Below are positions 31,249-32,000 of a stretch of 32,000 nt of DNA, piece by piece. Position 1 is the stretch's first letter. Each line of letters begins with the position of its first letter. Origin of the DNA: Amoeboradix gromovi X-113. Lineage: Eukaryota; Fungi; Sanchytriomycota. The notes beneath the pieces are model-generated. The model made no database searches and was not told the DNA's origin. It saw only the letters and a list, made by a program, of their open reading frames with translations. The DNA is taken from contig JADGIF010000029.1 of assembly GCA_018985225.1 (NCBI GenBank), positions 973 through 32,972 of the forward strand, in the 5' to 3' direction. The translations under genes were made by a program, and so were the position numbers.

Positions 31249-31755
31249 ATGGCATCGATCAACATGAATGGAAGGCAATCTTTTTTGTTAAATGATATTA
31301 AAACCACCATAAGAAATGGTGGAACTGTTACTCATATTTTAAATGTCAAGGTGTACAACGAACAAAATCCCAAAATAGGTAATGAAATTAGAAAGACCAT
31401 ATTTAAGGTCATTAATCATATTCCCATCACTAAGAGAGTTTATGGAATTGATGTTACAGTCACTTGGAGATCCAATGCTACTACGAGTTCAGCATACTAT
31501 CATTCTGATAATGCTTTTATTGATAGGTATGTTAAAAAACATACTGAAATACTATTGAAAAGCTTACTCGGTAATGCCATTATTAGTACAGATGGTGCAA
31601 ATCAAAGATTCAGCAATATCTTCAGTGATAACATTACCGGTTTAACGTTTTTAGTAACAAAACCACTTGTAAAAGAAATTGTTCTAATTGAAGATGATTT
31701 GTGTAATGATAATGATAAAGAATTAAGCATTGAACAAGAGCAACTTTACGAATAA
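31249..31755 (+). CDS. Hypothetical protein
   Basis: 168-aa ATG ORF whose stop codon overlaps AATAAA. No motif recognised. Confidence 0.6.
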   Translation: MASINMNGRQSFLLNDIKTTIRNGGTVTHILNVKVYNEQNPKIGNEIRKTIFKVINHIPITKRVYGIDVTVTWRSNATTSSAYYHSDNAFIDRYVKKHTEILLKSLLGNAIISTDGANQRFSNIFSDNITGLTFLVTKPLVKEIVLIEDDLCNDNDKELSIEQEQLYE

Positions 31756-31821
31756 ACTGATCGCTTTGAATTCTAATAAATTTATTTTTCAATTTTGGGG
31801 TTTTGAGAATCATTTAAGGCT

Positions 31822-31945
31822 CCTCTTTAAACGTCCTGATTTCCGAGAAAATCGAGAATTTCCACAGGGAAACCAATGCTAGCTTCTCCGTTACAGTGAT
31901 CGCTCACGCTTTCACTACCCTGAGGCGGGATTGATTAAGGATGCA
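31822..31945 (-). ncRNA. Putative omegaRNA scaffold (copy C)
   Basis: Hairpins CCC-gccuca-GGG, AGUGA-aa-GC-GUGA-GC-ga-UCACU and UUUCC-cugu-GGAAA. Similarity to copies A and B ends sharply near GAGG. Confidence 0.6.
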
Positions 31946-32000
31946 GATACTTGATGTATATGTTCCTTGCTGCCATATGATCTCTATCTATCTTCAAATC
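31822..32000 (-). mobile_element. IS607/Fanzor2-like element copy C, right end (continues past the window edge)
   Basis: The minus strand from 32000 reads DLKIDRDHMAARNIYIKYLHP*, followed by the conserved 3' block ending in GAGG at 31822. Confidence 0.88.

Noticed and set aside
8671-32000. Dispersed repeats as a CRISPR array
   Set aside because: The copies are kilobases apart with no repeat-spacer periodicity, and they are explained as transposon ends.

Overview
This is an AT-rich, gene-dense eukaryotic window with very small introns (19 and 21 nt). It looks like an early-diverging zoosporic fungus; that assignment is an inference. Housekeeping genes are an ABCA transporter, an ABCG transporter, an AVT-type amino-acid transporter, an S8 protease, a CaMK-like kinase, SUB2/UAP56 and LRR surface proteins. 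These surround a mosaic of mobile elements and effector-like genes. The main find does not appear in the ORF track: three same-strand copies of an IS607-like element at 8671-9108, 11475-12046 and 31822->32000. They carry remnants of a TnpA serine-recombinase HTH and a Fanzor2/TnpB C-terminus (ESFTSQTC...IDRDHMAARNI). All three keep a conserved structured right end that stops at GG and is followed by variable flank, as expected for an omegaRNA scaffold plus guide. Between about 12.2 and 22.9 kb lie: a MACPF-like gene, a Crinkler-type Ubl-REase-kinase, a Merlin transposase relic, an intact Sola1-type transposase fused to a homeodomain, and a TIR-bounded Sola1 element carrying a decayed SWIM-finger/ADP-ribosyltransferase-like cargo. 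All family calls come from motif recognition by eye; no searches were run.
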